Part shown: positions 48,357 to 59,827 of the stretch, piece after piece
Layout: every line of letters begins with the position of its first letter
Position numbering within the stretch: the first letter of the stretch is position 1
Source: a virus
Taxonomy: Duplodnaviria > Caudoviricetes
IMG/VR virus record: IMGVR_UViG_3300013426_000016
Coordinates: 1-64,000 of that record
Length of the DNA stretch: 64,000 nucleotides
Direction: 5' to 3' (one strand)
Notes under the pieces: model-generated
Databases searched by the model: none
Told to the model about the DNA's origin: nothing
What the model saw: the letters and a program-made list of their open reading frames with translations, nothing else
Position numbers and translations under genes: made by a program

Positions 48357-51300
48357 TGGACAGAACAGAAAGACAGAAATTAGGAATTAAACGCTGATTA
48401 GAAGCCGGAGCTATCGGAACGCTCGAATACGGTACGGGCGTAGGTATCGAAATAATAAAAGCCTAGCTTCTTAGGAATAAGAAGTTTTTATTGGGCAAAA
48501 TCGGTAAAACTCCAAAAGGACAATACCGAGGTAATTTAACTAGTAATATAGTTAAACACCGTAGAGCGTAGGGAATGAACCTAAAAATAGAATATAATTT
48601 CCCCAAGAGTGTCCAATACCCCAACTGAAATAAGTGGGTAAAAATGTACGCCGAGCTATAAGGTAACTTATAGAACTAAAGGATAAAAAACCTTTAGGAT
48701 AACATTACTGAAGACCCGCACTGCTATAATGGCTATACAGCTATTATTAAGAAAGAATCCAGAAGCTTCTATTTTAATCAGCGTTCCAACCAACTATCTG
48801 AAAAACCAATGAATAGAAAATCTCCAAAAGTTTAATATAGAAAATTGTGAAGTTGTAGTGATAAATACAATAGTTAGGCATACATATACTGTTGATTTGC
48901 TAATAGTCGATAAATAGGCTTTGTTGACTTTAAATTTACTTAATTGTCGGGAACTTCCTTAGAGTTCTTTCTACTAAATTATAATAGAAATATATATAAT
49001 GGTGAGAATAATTACCTCAGTATAGTAAAAAAGAAAGAAATTGGATAATCCGCAGCCAAGCTTCTAATTTAGAAGAAGGTTCATCGACTATCCCAAATGG
49101 GAGTACAGAATAAAATTCTGGAAACAGTAAAATTTATAATTTTTAATTAAAAAATGAAAAAACTTTATTATTTTTATACTTTATCTACAACAAAAGATAT
49201 ATCTAATATTAGATACGTAGGCGTTACTACTCGTACTTTAAAACAAAGATTAAGTGGGCATAAATATTGTGCTCTGCATAAAAATAAGAGATCTACCGCA
49301 GTTCATAAATGAATGTATTCGGAATATTTAGCTGGAAATGATATAATTATTTCTCAAATAGATTGTTGTGAAGAAGCTGTCTGAGAGGAAACAGAAAAGT
49401 ATTGAATTAAAGAATATCAAAACAAAGGGTTTAAATTATTAAATATCCAAAAAGGCGGCTCCGGAATAGTAACAAAAGAAATGAGAAATAAAGAAGGGTT
49501 GCAAAGAAGTATAGATGCTCATAAAATTCCAGTATATGCTTTAGATGATAATTTAAATGTAGTTTTAGAATTTTCTTCAGCTGTAGAAGCAATTCGATTT
49601 TTTGGAGGAAAAAGTAAAACTGCTATATCAAATGCTATTTCTAAAAACGTTAGTACTAAAAAATCATTTGGTTATTACTGAGTAAAACAAAATGATTATA
49701 AAAATGGAAATTTTTATGTTAATACCACTCCTAACTTTGAAAGTTTTAAAAAGAAAGTGTATCAGTTTGATAAGAACGGTACGTTTGTAAAAATGCATGA
49801 AAGTATAAAGAGTATAGAAAGGTATTATAATATACAAAATTCTTCTCCTTTAAGACACGCTATAAGAAAGAAAAGATTATATAAAAATTCATTTTGATCT
49901 TTTGAAAAAGAAGCCGACTTTGATTTAAATTCTCCATTTAGATTTTTTGAAATAGATAAAAATGAAAATATAATAGATAGGTATTTAAAAGTTGAAGATA
50001 TTTTGAAAAAATATAACTGCTCTTCTAATTTTTTATACAAAAAGGATAAAAATACTAAAGGTATATTACCCAATGGTAATAAAATTATAAAAAATAAAAA
50101 TTATAAATAAGATATAGTCAGACTTTATATGAAAGTATAAAGAGTTTTGGAAGCACATGGTGCGGCCGCTACAACCCTCCTTTCTATCTTTACTACAGTT
50201 AGTTATAGAATGCTTTTATGCTTAACTGCCACTATAGATAGATTAGATGGTAGAGGAGAAATCCTTAAACAATATGCACCAGTATGTGATCAGATAACCT
50301 TAACAGAAGCAACTAAAGAAGGTTGAGTAGCTCCAGTTAAAAACTATTTAGTTCTCTTAGATGTTGATTTACAGCCATATAAAGAATTAGATAGAAAATT
50401 TAATAGCTATTTTGCGTTCTTTGGCTTTCAGTTTGATACAGCTATGAACTGCTTGCAAAACTGACGCTTTCGCAACAAATATGCTAAAGAAATAGGTTCT
50501 GATCCAAAAACTGTTTTACAAATGAGTTCCTGTTGAATGAAGGCTTTACATGCAAGGAAATCCTTTATAGAAAACCATCCTAAGAAAATAGAAATTTGTA
50601 GAAGAATAATAGATGCAAAACCGAATACTAAAGGTATTTTATTTTGTCCTACTATAAAATTTGCAAAAGAAATTAAAAGGGGAAAGGTTTTATACTCTGC
50701 ACAAAAAACTTCTGAAAATAAAAAAATTATAGAAGAATTTAATGTTGCGGAGAAAGGATGAATCGCTTCGAGTCGTATGTTGAATGAAGGTAAACCAAAA
50801 AATCTAATTTAAAAGACATTTAATGAAAAAATTTTATTTATACACACTTAATGATCCTAGAACAAATGTTCCTAAATATGTGGGAATTACTTGTAATTTA
50901 CAACAAAGATTAATGTACCATCTAAAAGACACCGCAGATACAAAAAAGACACGTTGAATACATACTTTAAAAGAAGAAGGTATTACTCCTATAATCACTA
51001 AATTAGAAGAATCTGAAGATATTTATAAAATAATTAATCTAGAAATAGAGTATATTAAAAAGTATAAAGAAACTTTAGATTTAGCAAATACAACTATCGG
51101 TGGTGAATATTATGCAATTGGTACTCCAATAGATTGCTATGATTTACAAGGTAATTATATAGAAACTTTTTCATCTATGGTGGAAGCTCTGCCTGGGATA
51201 AAACACTATAGTGGTATTTCTGCTGTATGTAATCATAAACGAAATTATGCTTATGGTAAAATCTGAAGATATCAGGGAGAGCCTGTTACTAAAGAAGATT

Positions 51301-52219
51301 TAGAAAAAGTTAAAAAATCTCTTAATAAAGCTAAATATAAAGAAGTTTTAATAATAGATTTAGAAGGAAATATCTTAGATAGATTTCCTTCTTTAACTAA
51401 AGCCGGTCAAAGTAAAAAGTGGGGATCTATCAGTAATTTACGTTGTGCGATGAAAGGGCATAATGCCCATGGAAATTCTTTTCTTGCTAAGAATCATTTT
51501 ATTTGTTCTTCCATGGAAGATTTTTATGAAAAACGTAAAAAATATGAAGATTTTTTAAAATCTAAAATTGTTCTTCAATATACTTTAGATGATGAATTTA
51601 TAGCAGAATATCCTTCAGTAATGGAAGCAAGTCGTGTATTAAATAAAAGTTGGGCTTCAATTTTTAGATGTTGTAAAGGACAACAACAAGAAGCTCATGG
51701 TTTTAAATGGAAACTTAAGTTTTAAATATAAATACGCCGTGTAATAAAGTAATTTATTATAGTATAATACCTGGATATCGTTGAAAGCTAAACTTTTTAA
51801 AAGCATGCTAACTTAACGAGGCAAAGAGCTAAAGACTCAGCCCTAGAGACTAGATACAGGTACCCCTATTTTAGGGTGAAGATATAGTCCAGACTGTAAA
51901 CAATTTTTTGGAAAGCGAAAGCTTTTAGCAGTAGGTAGATATTCAAGGACTTACAACAGGAATCATAATGAATGTGAATAGTTCTAAAATTTCTAGTGTC
52001 CAAAAAACTGGTCGTTGTTGTAGATTTGCACCTAATAAAGTTGCAGAAATATTTACATTGGCCATTAAAGGAACTCAGGAAGTAAAATGGTTTAATAACA
52101 GTAGCACAACAGAGTATATAACTATAAATGACTCTACAGACTTAGACAAAGTATTAAATGGAGAAGAAATAAACTCTCGACAAAGAGAGTGAACAGAAGA
52201 TAAAACTTATAGATTTTAA
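48356..52219 (+). CDS. SF2 (DEAH) helicase, spliced: exons 48356-48445, 48711-48911, 50150-50791, 51935-52219 (~405 aa, TGA=Trp)
   Basis: Exon joining restores GTGVG|KT (Walker A), LIVD|EAH (Walker B), LTAT, NEG|VDI (motif V), QKTGRCCR (motif VI); every exon length is a multiple of 3. Confidence 0.9.
48446..48710 (+). ncRNA. Group I intron, ORF-less (265 nt), in helicase Walker A
   Basis: Exon ends in U, intron ends in G; P1 taggt/gccta with U.G pair; core resembles the intron at 55561. Confidence 0.85.
48912..50149 (+). mobile_element. Group I intron with homing endonuclease, in helicase DEAH motif
   Basis: P1 agtcgat/gttgact; AATCCGCAGCCAAG, GACTA...AAGATATAGTC (P7) elements; terminal G. 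Confidence 0.88.
49154..50110 (+). CDS. GIY-YIG/NUMOD1-type homing endonuclease (TGA=Trp; 318 aa)
   Basis: YFYTL...IRYVGVT..LKQRL..H, E.Y*I, LLN...GG; NUMOD1-like repeats; five in-frame TGA. Confidence 0.8.
50792..51934 (+). mobile_element. Group I intron with homing endonuclease, in helicase motif V
   Basis: GGT| 5' junction, terminal G, GAGACTA...GAAGATATAGTCC core downstream of the ORF. Confidence 0.85.
50823..51725 (+). CDS. GIY-YIG/NUMOD1-type homing endonuclease (TGA=Trp; 300 aa)
   Basis: YLYTLNDP...KYVGIT.NLQQRL..H, LE..YI, N.T.GG; C-terminal VLQYTLD.EFIAEYPS..EA...GFKW. Confidence 0.82.
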
Positions 52220-52266
52220 AATGACTTAAATAGTAATTTTTGGAACTAAATACGATTTTAAATTTA

Positions 52267-52833
52267 ATGTCAGCTTACAATCTCACAGCAGATGAGCTGC
52301 TTTTAATTTATATAACCCTCTTAGCAAGAGACGAAGAGGGTAATGCTACTTATTTTTCACAGTGATTTAATAATGGAGGAAGAGAAAGACTTAGAGACTT
52401 ATTTTCTTCTTTAAAGGAAAAAGGAGTAATCCTTAAATCTTATAATCCAGAATCTTATATACCTAATGATATAGAGTTTAATAAAAATTTTTTAAAAAAG
52501 TGATATAAATTTTCTGGAGAGATGGGCCAAGAATTACTTAATGCTTATCCTTCATTTTTAAATATACAGGGAAAATATGTTCCACTGAAAGATGTTTCTA
52601 AAAGATTTGCTTCTTTAGATGACTTTTTTAATTTTTATGCTACACAAATAGGTAGTAATCCGGAAAAACATAAAGAAGTAATGGGAATTCTTAATTGAGC
52701 TAAAGAAAATAATTTACTTAATTTTGGAATTTTAAATTTTGTAATTTCTAATCAGTGGAATAATTTGAAAGAACTTAGAGATAATCCAGAAATGGTGCCT
52801 ATATACCAAGATAGTATTTTAACAGATGACTAA
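52267..52833 (+). CDS. Hypothetical protein preceding DnaB-like helicase (TGA=Trp)
   Basis: Open to TAA 52833 apart from TGA codons; overlaps the helicase start. Confidence 0.65.
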
Positions 52834-53932
52834 TGTAGATTTACTTTTTAAGAAAATTGATGAAGGTAGAGCTGGAAAAAATATTGGATTGAGTACAGGT
52901 ATACCTAAATTAGATAAATATACAGGAGGAATCCAAAAAGGTGTTTATACACTTATTTTTGGACTTTCGGGTTCCGGAAAGACTTCCGTAGCTTTATATA
53001 ATTATATTTATCGCCCATTAAAAGATAATCCCGAAAAAGATCTTAAATATATTTATTTTTCTTTGGAATTAGGAGCAGATGTTTTGCTCAGCAAACTCCT
53101 CTGTTTATGGGTTTATGAGGAATTTGGAGTAATAATACCTTACTCCTCTATAATGTCTTGAAAAGAGCCTTTAAATGACGAATTTTACAATTATATATGT
53201 AAGGGAAGAAAATGACTAGAATCTATTTCTGAAAAACTTATAATAATAGATACTAATCTTTCTTCAAAAAACTTTTATTCTAAAATAATGACATTTTTAG
53301 AAGAATGAGGGACATTTAAAGAATCTGAAGATGGAAGAAGAAAAATATATATTAAAAACAATCCAGAGCAGTTTGTAACAGTTGTTCTGGATCATATAGG
53401 TCTATTACTTTGTTGTGATGGACATACTAAAAAACAGGAAATAGATTTAGTTTCCCAGTATGCAGTATCTTTAAGAGAGAGATGTGGTGTTTCTTTTGTA
53501 ATTTTACAACAAGAAAATAGAAATTCTGCATCCTCCGATAAAATTAAAATGGATATGACAGACTGTAGTCTAGACGGCCTTAAAGATAGTGGCAATACTG
53601 GAAATGATGCAGAATTATGTATAGGAGTCTATAATCCTATAAAATTTAAATTAAAAACTAAATCTGGTTATCCAATAATTTCAGAAGACAACGGTTTTGG
53701 TTTTACGGGCTTTAGAAATCGAATTAGATTTTTGCAGATCATAAAGAACCGTACAGGCCCTTCTGATAAGTCTATTCCAGTAAACTTTTTTGGAGAAATC
53801 GGTCTCTTCAGAGAATTACCAAAACCAGAAGAAATTAAAAATCCATTGGACTATATGTCCTTAAACCCAAATAAACAAGAGATCGTAGAACCAGACAGTT
53901 CTACAAAAAAATTTATTTCATATGAATTTTAA
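52826..53932 (+). CDS. DnaB-like (SF4) replicative helicase (TGA=Trp; 368 aa)
   Basis: STGIPKLD...GG, GLSGSGKT, FSLEL, VLDHIG, QQENR, LKDSG, IIKNR.G. Confidence 0.88.
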
Positions 53933-53935
53933 AAA

Positions 53936-56900
53936 ATGGCTATAACATTACCTACGACAAAAATTCCTGCTACTACTCAAGATCCTAAATACTTAATCCT
54001 TTTTGGATTACCAAAGGTTGGAAAAACAACAATTCTTTCTACTCTTGAAGGAAATTTAATTTTGGATTTGTAATAAAGTCCCTATAATCAGTAATGATTA
54101 TAGCAAACCCCTTGAATTTTTGGAAAAACTGTTATATTTATTCCCATTTTCAAAAATATTTTTTTGTATATTTGTAAATGGTTTTAAGTATGTTTAACAG
54201 TTAATCAAAAGCTAAGTATGAATGATATAGAAAAATTATGTTTATATAAAGGAAAAGAAGTAGAAACTAAAATTGAAGATGTTGATTATCAATCTAATAA
54301 AGAATTTCAATCTGATTTTTACAATGTTATAAAAAGCATTTCGCAAAAAGTAAATGGCAAATATATGTATTTTTACATAGTAGAGTGTAAAAAATGTGGA
54401 TCTCTAAAAAAGATATATAGGTCAGATTGAAAAAACCAAAAACTTAGAATGTGCAAAAGGTGCCTCTCTATTACAAAAAGAGAATCTCACATTGGTTATG
54501 AAAATAAAACATATAAAGTTGTTGGTATTAATTTTGAGAGAAGTAATCAAAATAAAAGACGTGTTTATTATGATGTTGTATGTAAAAATTGTGGCGCAAA
54601 ACTAGTGTTACGTTGAGATGCAATTTATTCTGACACTAAAAATACGCGCTGTTCAAAGTGCTGTGGAAATAATATTATTCCATCAGAAAATGCCGTATAT
54701 AATGTTTTATACAACTCATATAAACAAAACGCAATTATGCGTAATTTTGGTTTTGAATTAACAAGACAAGAATTTAATAATTTAATTTTACAAGATTGTT
54801 TTTATTGCGGAAATCCTCCTCACGAAGTACAGTCATTAAAACGTTATAATAAAACAGGAGTTCCTATTTTTACAAATGGAATAGATAGAAAAAATTCAAA
54901 TTCTGGATATACTATTGAAAATTGTGTCCCATGTTGTGAAATGTGCAATAGAATGAAATTAAATTATGATATAAATACTTTTTATAAACATATATATAAA
55001 ATATATCATCATAAAAGTTTAACGACTATCTCGCAAGAGAGTACATCACAAGCTAATGGTGATGGAAGTGGGGGGTCTCCAGAAATGGAGAATGATATAG
55101 TCTAATCTGCATGGCGACATGCAGCTGCCAAAAGCGCATGTAATGTTGCGAATTACATGGAATATAAATGTTTGAAAACGGTTCTGATTATGTTTCTGCA
55201 CTTAAAATGAAAGTTAATTCTATTAAAGAACTTAATGAAATCTGTACAGCTATAAAAGAGGCCAAATGTCCATACAAATATATTACAATAGATACTATTA
55301 CAGCAGTAGAGGAAATGGCTAAACCTCTAGCAATTAAACTCTACCAAGATTCCCCAATGTTTTCTGAGAAATATGCAAATGTTAAAGATCCCGCAGCTCT
55401 TCCTAATGGTTCGGGATTTTCATTTTGGAGATCCTCAATAGAACTCATTATTAACAAAATTGCTTCTTGTGCCCCAAATATTATAATTTGTGGACACGTT
55501 AAAGATGCTGCACTTTCAGAAAGCACAAATGGTAATTTAAAAACTCTCGATTTAACAGGTAAAATTTTTGCATAAAATAAAAAGTATTTTTATATTTGTA
55601 TTTATAAAATAATCGAATATGGAAAATACTATTAGTACACTTTATTTAGAAGGTTTGTCAAGTAGACAAATTTCAGATTTTTTAAAAATAGATAAAAAAG
55701 AAGTAGATTTATATATAATAGATAATTATTTTACAGAAAAGAAAAATTCTAAACAAAAAATAACAAAAGAGATTTTAAAGGAAGCTTTAAGTTTAAAATA
55801 TAAAGGAGAAACTTTTGAAAATATAGCTAAAAAATATAACCTTTCAAGTAGTCTTTTTACACAGAAATTTAAAAAACTTAGAATAGATTATAATTCAAGA
55901 AAATATGATTATTCTTTATTAAATAAAGAAACTGTTACTGACATAGTTAAAAAATTTAATGATGGGTATACCGTTAACGATTTAATTAAAATCTACGGTT
56001 TTAATAAAACTGTTTTGGCAAACGTTATTAATGAAAACGGAGGAAATACAACTCCATGTTCTTTTTGTTCTACTATATTTGATAATATAGATACTGAAGA
56101 AAAGGCATACTGGTTAGGGTTTTTATATGCAGATGGTTGTGTTGGAAGTAGAGATAATTCTCTAGAATTATCTTTACAACTTTTAGATGCAAAACATTTG
56201 TATAAGTTTAAAAGTTTTTTAAATGCAGAAAACAAAATTGCTTTAGACTTTAAAATAGGTACATTTGGAAGGTGTAGATTTTCTATTTCTAATAAACATT
56301 TTAAAGAAACTTTAATTTCTTTAGGTTGTTTTCCGCAAAAGTCTTTAAGGTTAGAATTTCCAAAAGAAAACCAAGTTCCAACAGAATTTTTAATCCCTTT
56401 TATTAGAGGTTATTTTGATGGAGATGGTTGTTTATCCCACACTTTTAGTGATACTATTAAATCTCGTTTCACAGTTAAAACTAGTTTTATTGGAACAAAA
56501 GAGTTTATATTTTCTTTACTGAAGTTCCTCAAAACACAAGAAATTTTTGGATCTATTTATAAAAATAAAACTTATAAAGATAATACTTTAGAAGTAAAAT
56601 TCAATAAAACTAATTCTGTTAAATTACTAAATCTTATATATAATGATGCTTCTATTTATTTAGATCGAAAATTTGAAAAATACAAATTTTATGCTAAGCA
56701 TCATAATTTTGCCGTCTCTGTAAGTGATTACAGAGATTATGAACGAACAATATCGGAGAAGGCTAAACACTGAATAAATAAATATTTTAATATAGATTTT
56801 GATACAGTGCACGCTAACACCGAGATAACTAAAAAACGTAACGGGTTTTTAGCATCGTAACGCATAGAGGTTGAAACTATATATTTTATAGAATAAAATA

Positions 56901-57226
56901 CCTCCACGAGTGTTCGTTATCTTTTTAAAAAGATAAATATATATGCTGATCTTATGAGAAATTATAAGAATTAAGAGATAAAAAACTCTTAAGATAACAA
57001 AATGAAAACTTCGAGAATTTTAGCTGCAAAGTCAGACGCAATCGGTTTCGTGCACCGAAATGAAAATAGTGATCTTTGTATACAGTTTGGAACTGATGGA
57101 GAAGTACTTACTGGAGCAAGACCCCAACATCTCGCAAATAAAGATATTATAGTAGCAGAACGTAAAGAGGATGGTTCTTTTGTTCCACATTGGGAAAGAA
57201 TCTATCCATCTCTTAATAGCAAGTAA
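53936..57226 (+). CDS. AAA_24 / Sak4-like phage NTPase, spliced: exons 53936-54067, 55171-55560, 57005-57226 (~247 aa)
   Basis: FGLPKVGKTT, LILD|FENG, ITIDTIT, ICGH.KD, DLTG|KT, DAIG; exon lengths multiples of 3. Confidence 0.87.
54068..55170 (+). mobile_element. Group I intron with HNH endonuclease
   Basis: P1 ggat/gtcc with U.G pair, GACTA...ATATAGTC P7, terminal G. Confidence 0.85.
54218..55105 (+). CDS. HNH (His-Me finger) homing endonuclease (TGA=Trp; 295 aa)
   Basis: CxxC ribbons, CFYCG...NGIDRKNS..GY...NCVPCCEMCNRMK; joins track ORFs 54218 and 54737. Confidence 0.82.
55561..57004 (+). mobile_element. Group I intron with LAGLIDADG endonuclease
   Basis: GGT| junction, terminal G; core at ~56710-57004 resembles intron 48446. 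Confidence 0.85.
55619..56860 (+). CDS. LAGLIDADG homing endonuclease with N-terminal HTH repeats (ends 56773 if TGA stops, 56860 if Trp)
   Basis: AYWLGFLYADGC and FIRGYFDGDGC double motif. Confidence 0.9.
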
Positions 57227-57582
57227 TGGAAGCAACTATTAAAGTGCAGAATAATAAATTAGTTTTAAACAAAGAGGCTACACAACTTCTTGGTGTTAAA
57301 GCTAATGATCGAATTGCAGTAAATTATTGATCACAGAATGCAGAAGAGACTTTTCCAGTAATTGGAAGAGCCTCTTTATTTGCTTGTGACGGAAACAGAT
57401 TAACGAAATCTAACACGGTTTCCTATAGAGGAGCACAAAGAGACATTTTGCTCCAATATGGAAATTATTTTAAACTAGAACCATTTAAACATTATTTTAA
57501 AATGGTTAAAATAGAGGAACCCGAAATTACCTCTGAAGAAACATTTGAAGAAGAAGAAGAATATCTTAACAATTTAATTTAA
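57226..57582 (+). CDS. Hypothetical protein (TGA=Trp; 118 aa)
   Basis: TAATG coupling; one in-frame TGA. Confidence 0.6.
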
Positions 57583-57589
57583 AACAAGT

Positions 57590-58258
57590 ATGAATTTTAA
57601 TTTTGATGAGGCCCTTAAGGCAAAAGAGACAGGTAAATTTCTTTCATTTGGTATAAAGGACGCTACTTTTAAGGGCGTTGAATATGGCCAGCAGACAACT
57701 CAGAGTGGTGAGGATCTTGCTTATATGGCTATGAAGTTTGATATTGATGGTTATGGAGACTATGAGGCTAAGATTTTTGAGCCTCGTTCTAATGAGCGCC
57801 AAGAAATGCAGTGGGGACTTACACCTTCTCCTCTCGATCATTTTCTTATTATAGTACGAGAGTTGCTTGAGGCAATTGCTCCAACAGCTTTTGAAGAGCT
57901 TAATGAAGGCAAAAAGAAGCTTTCTGGTAGCTTTAAACAAGTAGTAGCTGCGGTTGCTAGTATGACTGCTCCGGGCATTGGAACAAAGACACAAATTAAG
58001 CTTGTTCCTAATAGTAAGGGTTACGCAAATCTTCCTGCATTTCCGGCTCGTCTTACTAAAGATGGACAGCTTGGAATTTCCACTCGTATTATTGGAAAGG
58101 ATCTTACTCTTACAGCACGTGAGCTTAAGCAAATTGAGACAGCACAGGCAGCTAAGCCAACGCAGATGTCTACTTCTACCACTACAGATACAGTAAACTC
58201 TATGCTTGATGATCTTAACGGTTCGGATTCTTCTTCAGATTCAGATTTACCGTTCTAA
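57590..58258 (+). CDS. Putative single-stranded DNA-binding protein
   Basis: Acidic tail ending DLPF; follows the Sak4-like ATPase. Confidence 0.6.
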   Translation: MNFNFDEALKAKETGKFLSFGIKDATFKGVEYGQQTTQSGEDLAYMAMKFDIDGYGDYEAKIFEPRSNERQEMQWGLTPSPLDHFLIIVRELLEAIAPTAFEELNEGKKKLSGSFKQVVAAVASMTAPGIGTKTQIKLVPNSKGYANLPAFPARLTKDGQLGISTRIIGKDLTLTARELKQIETAQAAKPTQMSTSTTTDTVNSMLDDLNGSDSSSDSDLPF

Positions 58259-58261
58259 GAG

Positions 58262-59266
58262 ATGGAAATAACTTTTCCAGTTATTCTTTCTAAAGAGCTT
58301 ATTTATAATAAAGTTCGTGAAGAGGAAATCTTGGAGTATTATTTAGGTATTCCAGTAAAAAAAGGTTTATTTAAAAGTCCATTAAGAAATGATAATTCTC
58401 CCACTTGTGCTTTTTATAGAGCGCGTAATGGAAGGATTATTTTTAAGGACTTTTCTGGAGCATTTTCTGGAGATGCTATATCTGTAGTTATGGAGAAATT
58501 CCAATGCAGTTATATGAAAGCTCTTCAGATTATAGCGAATGACTTTGGGATTGTAAAAAATGAAAATCTTAAAGTAAATAAACCTAAAATGGAATACTCA
58601 GGTAGTATATTGGAAGAAAATAAAACCAGTATTATACAAGTAGAAATACGAGATTTCCAAGATTACGAACTCGCTTGATGGAAAACATATGGGATTACAG
58701 AAAAGACTCTAAAACACTTTAGGGTCTTTTCTTGTAAGAACATATGATTAAATGGTACTTTATTTCATTTAGAAACAAGTAAGCAAAAGATTTTTGGTTA
58801 TTTTGGAGGAACAAAAGATGGAGTAGAAAATTGAAAAATCTACTTTCCTGGGAAAAAGAAATATAAATTTATTTCTAATTGGAAAGCAACTAAAATACAA
58901 GGAGCCGCCCAATTACCAAAAGAAGGTGGAGAGTATTTAGTAATTACAAAATCTCTTAAAGATTGTATGACTTTATATGAATTTGGAATTACAGCAATCG
59001 CTCCTAACTCAGAAAATTTATTTGTTACTCCTGCTCAGTATGAGAAATTAAAAACTAAATTTAAAAATATTTTAATTGTTTATGATAATGATTTAGCTGG
59101 TATCCACGGATTAAATAAGATTAGAAAAGAATTTCCTGGAACAAAAGTAGCTTTTATACCAAGAAAGTATGAAGCAAAAGATATTTCTGATTTCTATAAA
59201 AAATACGGAAGAGAAGAAACTCAGAAATTGATAACCACAGCTAAAAATTTTTATTTTAATGGCTAA
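58262..59266 (+). CDS. DNA primase (DnaG-like TOPRIM; TGA=Trp; 334 aa)
   Basis: SPLRNDNSPTC...FKDF, ITKSLKD, SE, YDND.AG, KDISD; fragments 58262 and 58967 share a frame. Confidence 0.87.
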
Positions 59267-59648
59267 AAAACGATCCGCAAACTATTGTCGTACAAAAGGA
59301 AATACTTTTGAGCGTAAAATAGTAAAAGAGCTGAAAGAACTTGGATTTAACGTAGGTACTACAAGAAATAACTCTAGAACAGAAGATGCAGATAAGGTAG
59401 ATATATATGATGTAGATAATACACTACCTTGTAAGATACAATTAAAAGCCACACAACAAACTCCACAATATTTTAAAATACGTTCAGAATCTTCTGTTAA
59501 AGCAGAAGACTTTGTAGTACTTTGATCGAAACAAGAAAAAAGAACTACAAATATAGTCTCAGTTGGAGAAGTTGTAATTATGGATAAACAATTATTTTAT
59601 AAACTTATAAAACCTTATGCAAATGGAAAAAGTACAAGTGACATTTAA
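59259..59648 (+). CDS. Holliday junction resolvase-like PD-(D/E)XK nuclease (TGA=Trp)
   Basis: KGNTFER.I..EL..LGF, D..KVDI, IQLK. Confidence 0.7.
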
Positions 59649-59823
59649 GAACGAAGAGAAGGAAATTAAGATTGACCTTAATTATGATCACAGTTCAGGA
59701 ACTCTGCATTATGATGTAGATCTCGGAGAGTATAAGAAGGACTCTTCTATAGATCTTACTGTATTTCTCGCTACTATGTTCTTAAATAGTCTTAATTCAG
59801 ATGAAACAGTAGATATAGAATAA
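59617..59823 (+). CDS. Hypothetical protein
   Basis: Packed ORF. Confidence 0.5.
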   Translation: MQMEKVQVTFKNEEKEIKIDLNYDHSSGTLHYDVDLGEYKKDSSIDLTVFLATMFLNSLNSDETVDIE

Positions 59824-59827
59824 AAAA

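Noticed and set aside
48446-57004. Inteins as the explanation for the insertions
   Set aside because: Insertions contain TAA/TAG stops, non-coding RNA cores and U/G splice boundaries, with no Cys...His-Asn ends
43333-59648. Fragmented replication genes read as pseudogenes or sequencing errors
   Set aside because: Breaks are in-frame TGA at Trp positions or clean group I intron boundaries, with no frameshifts
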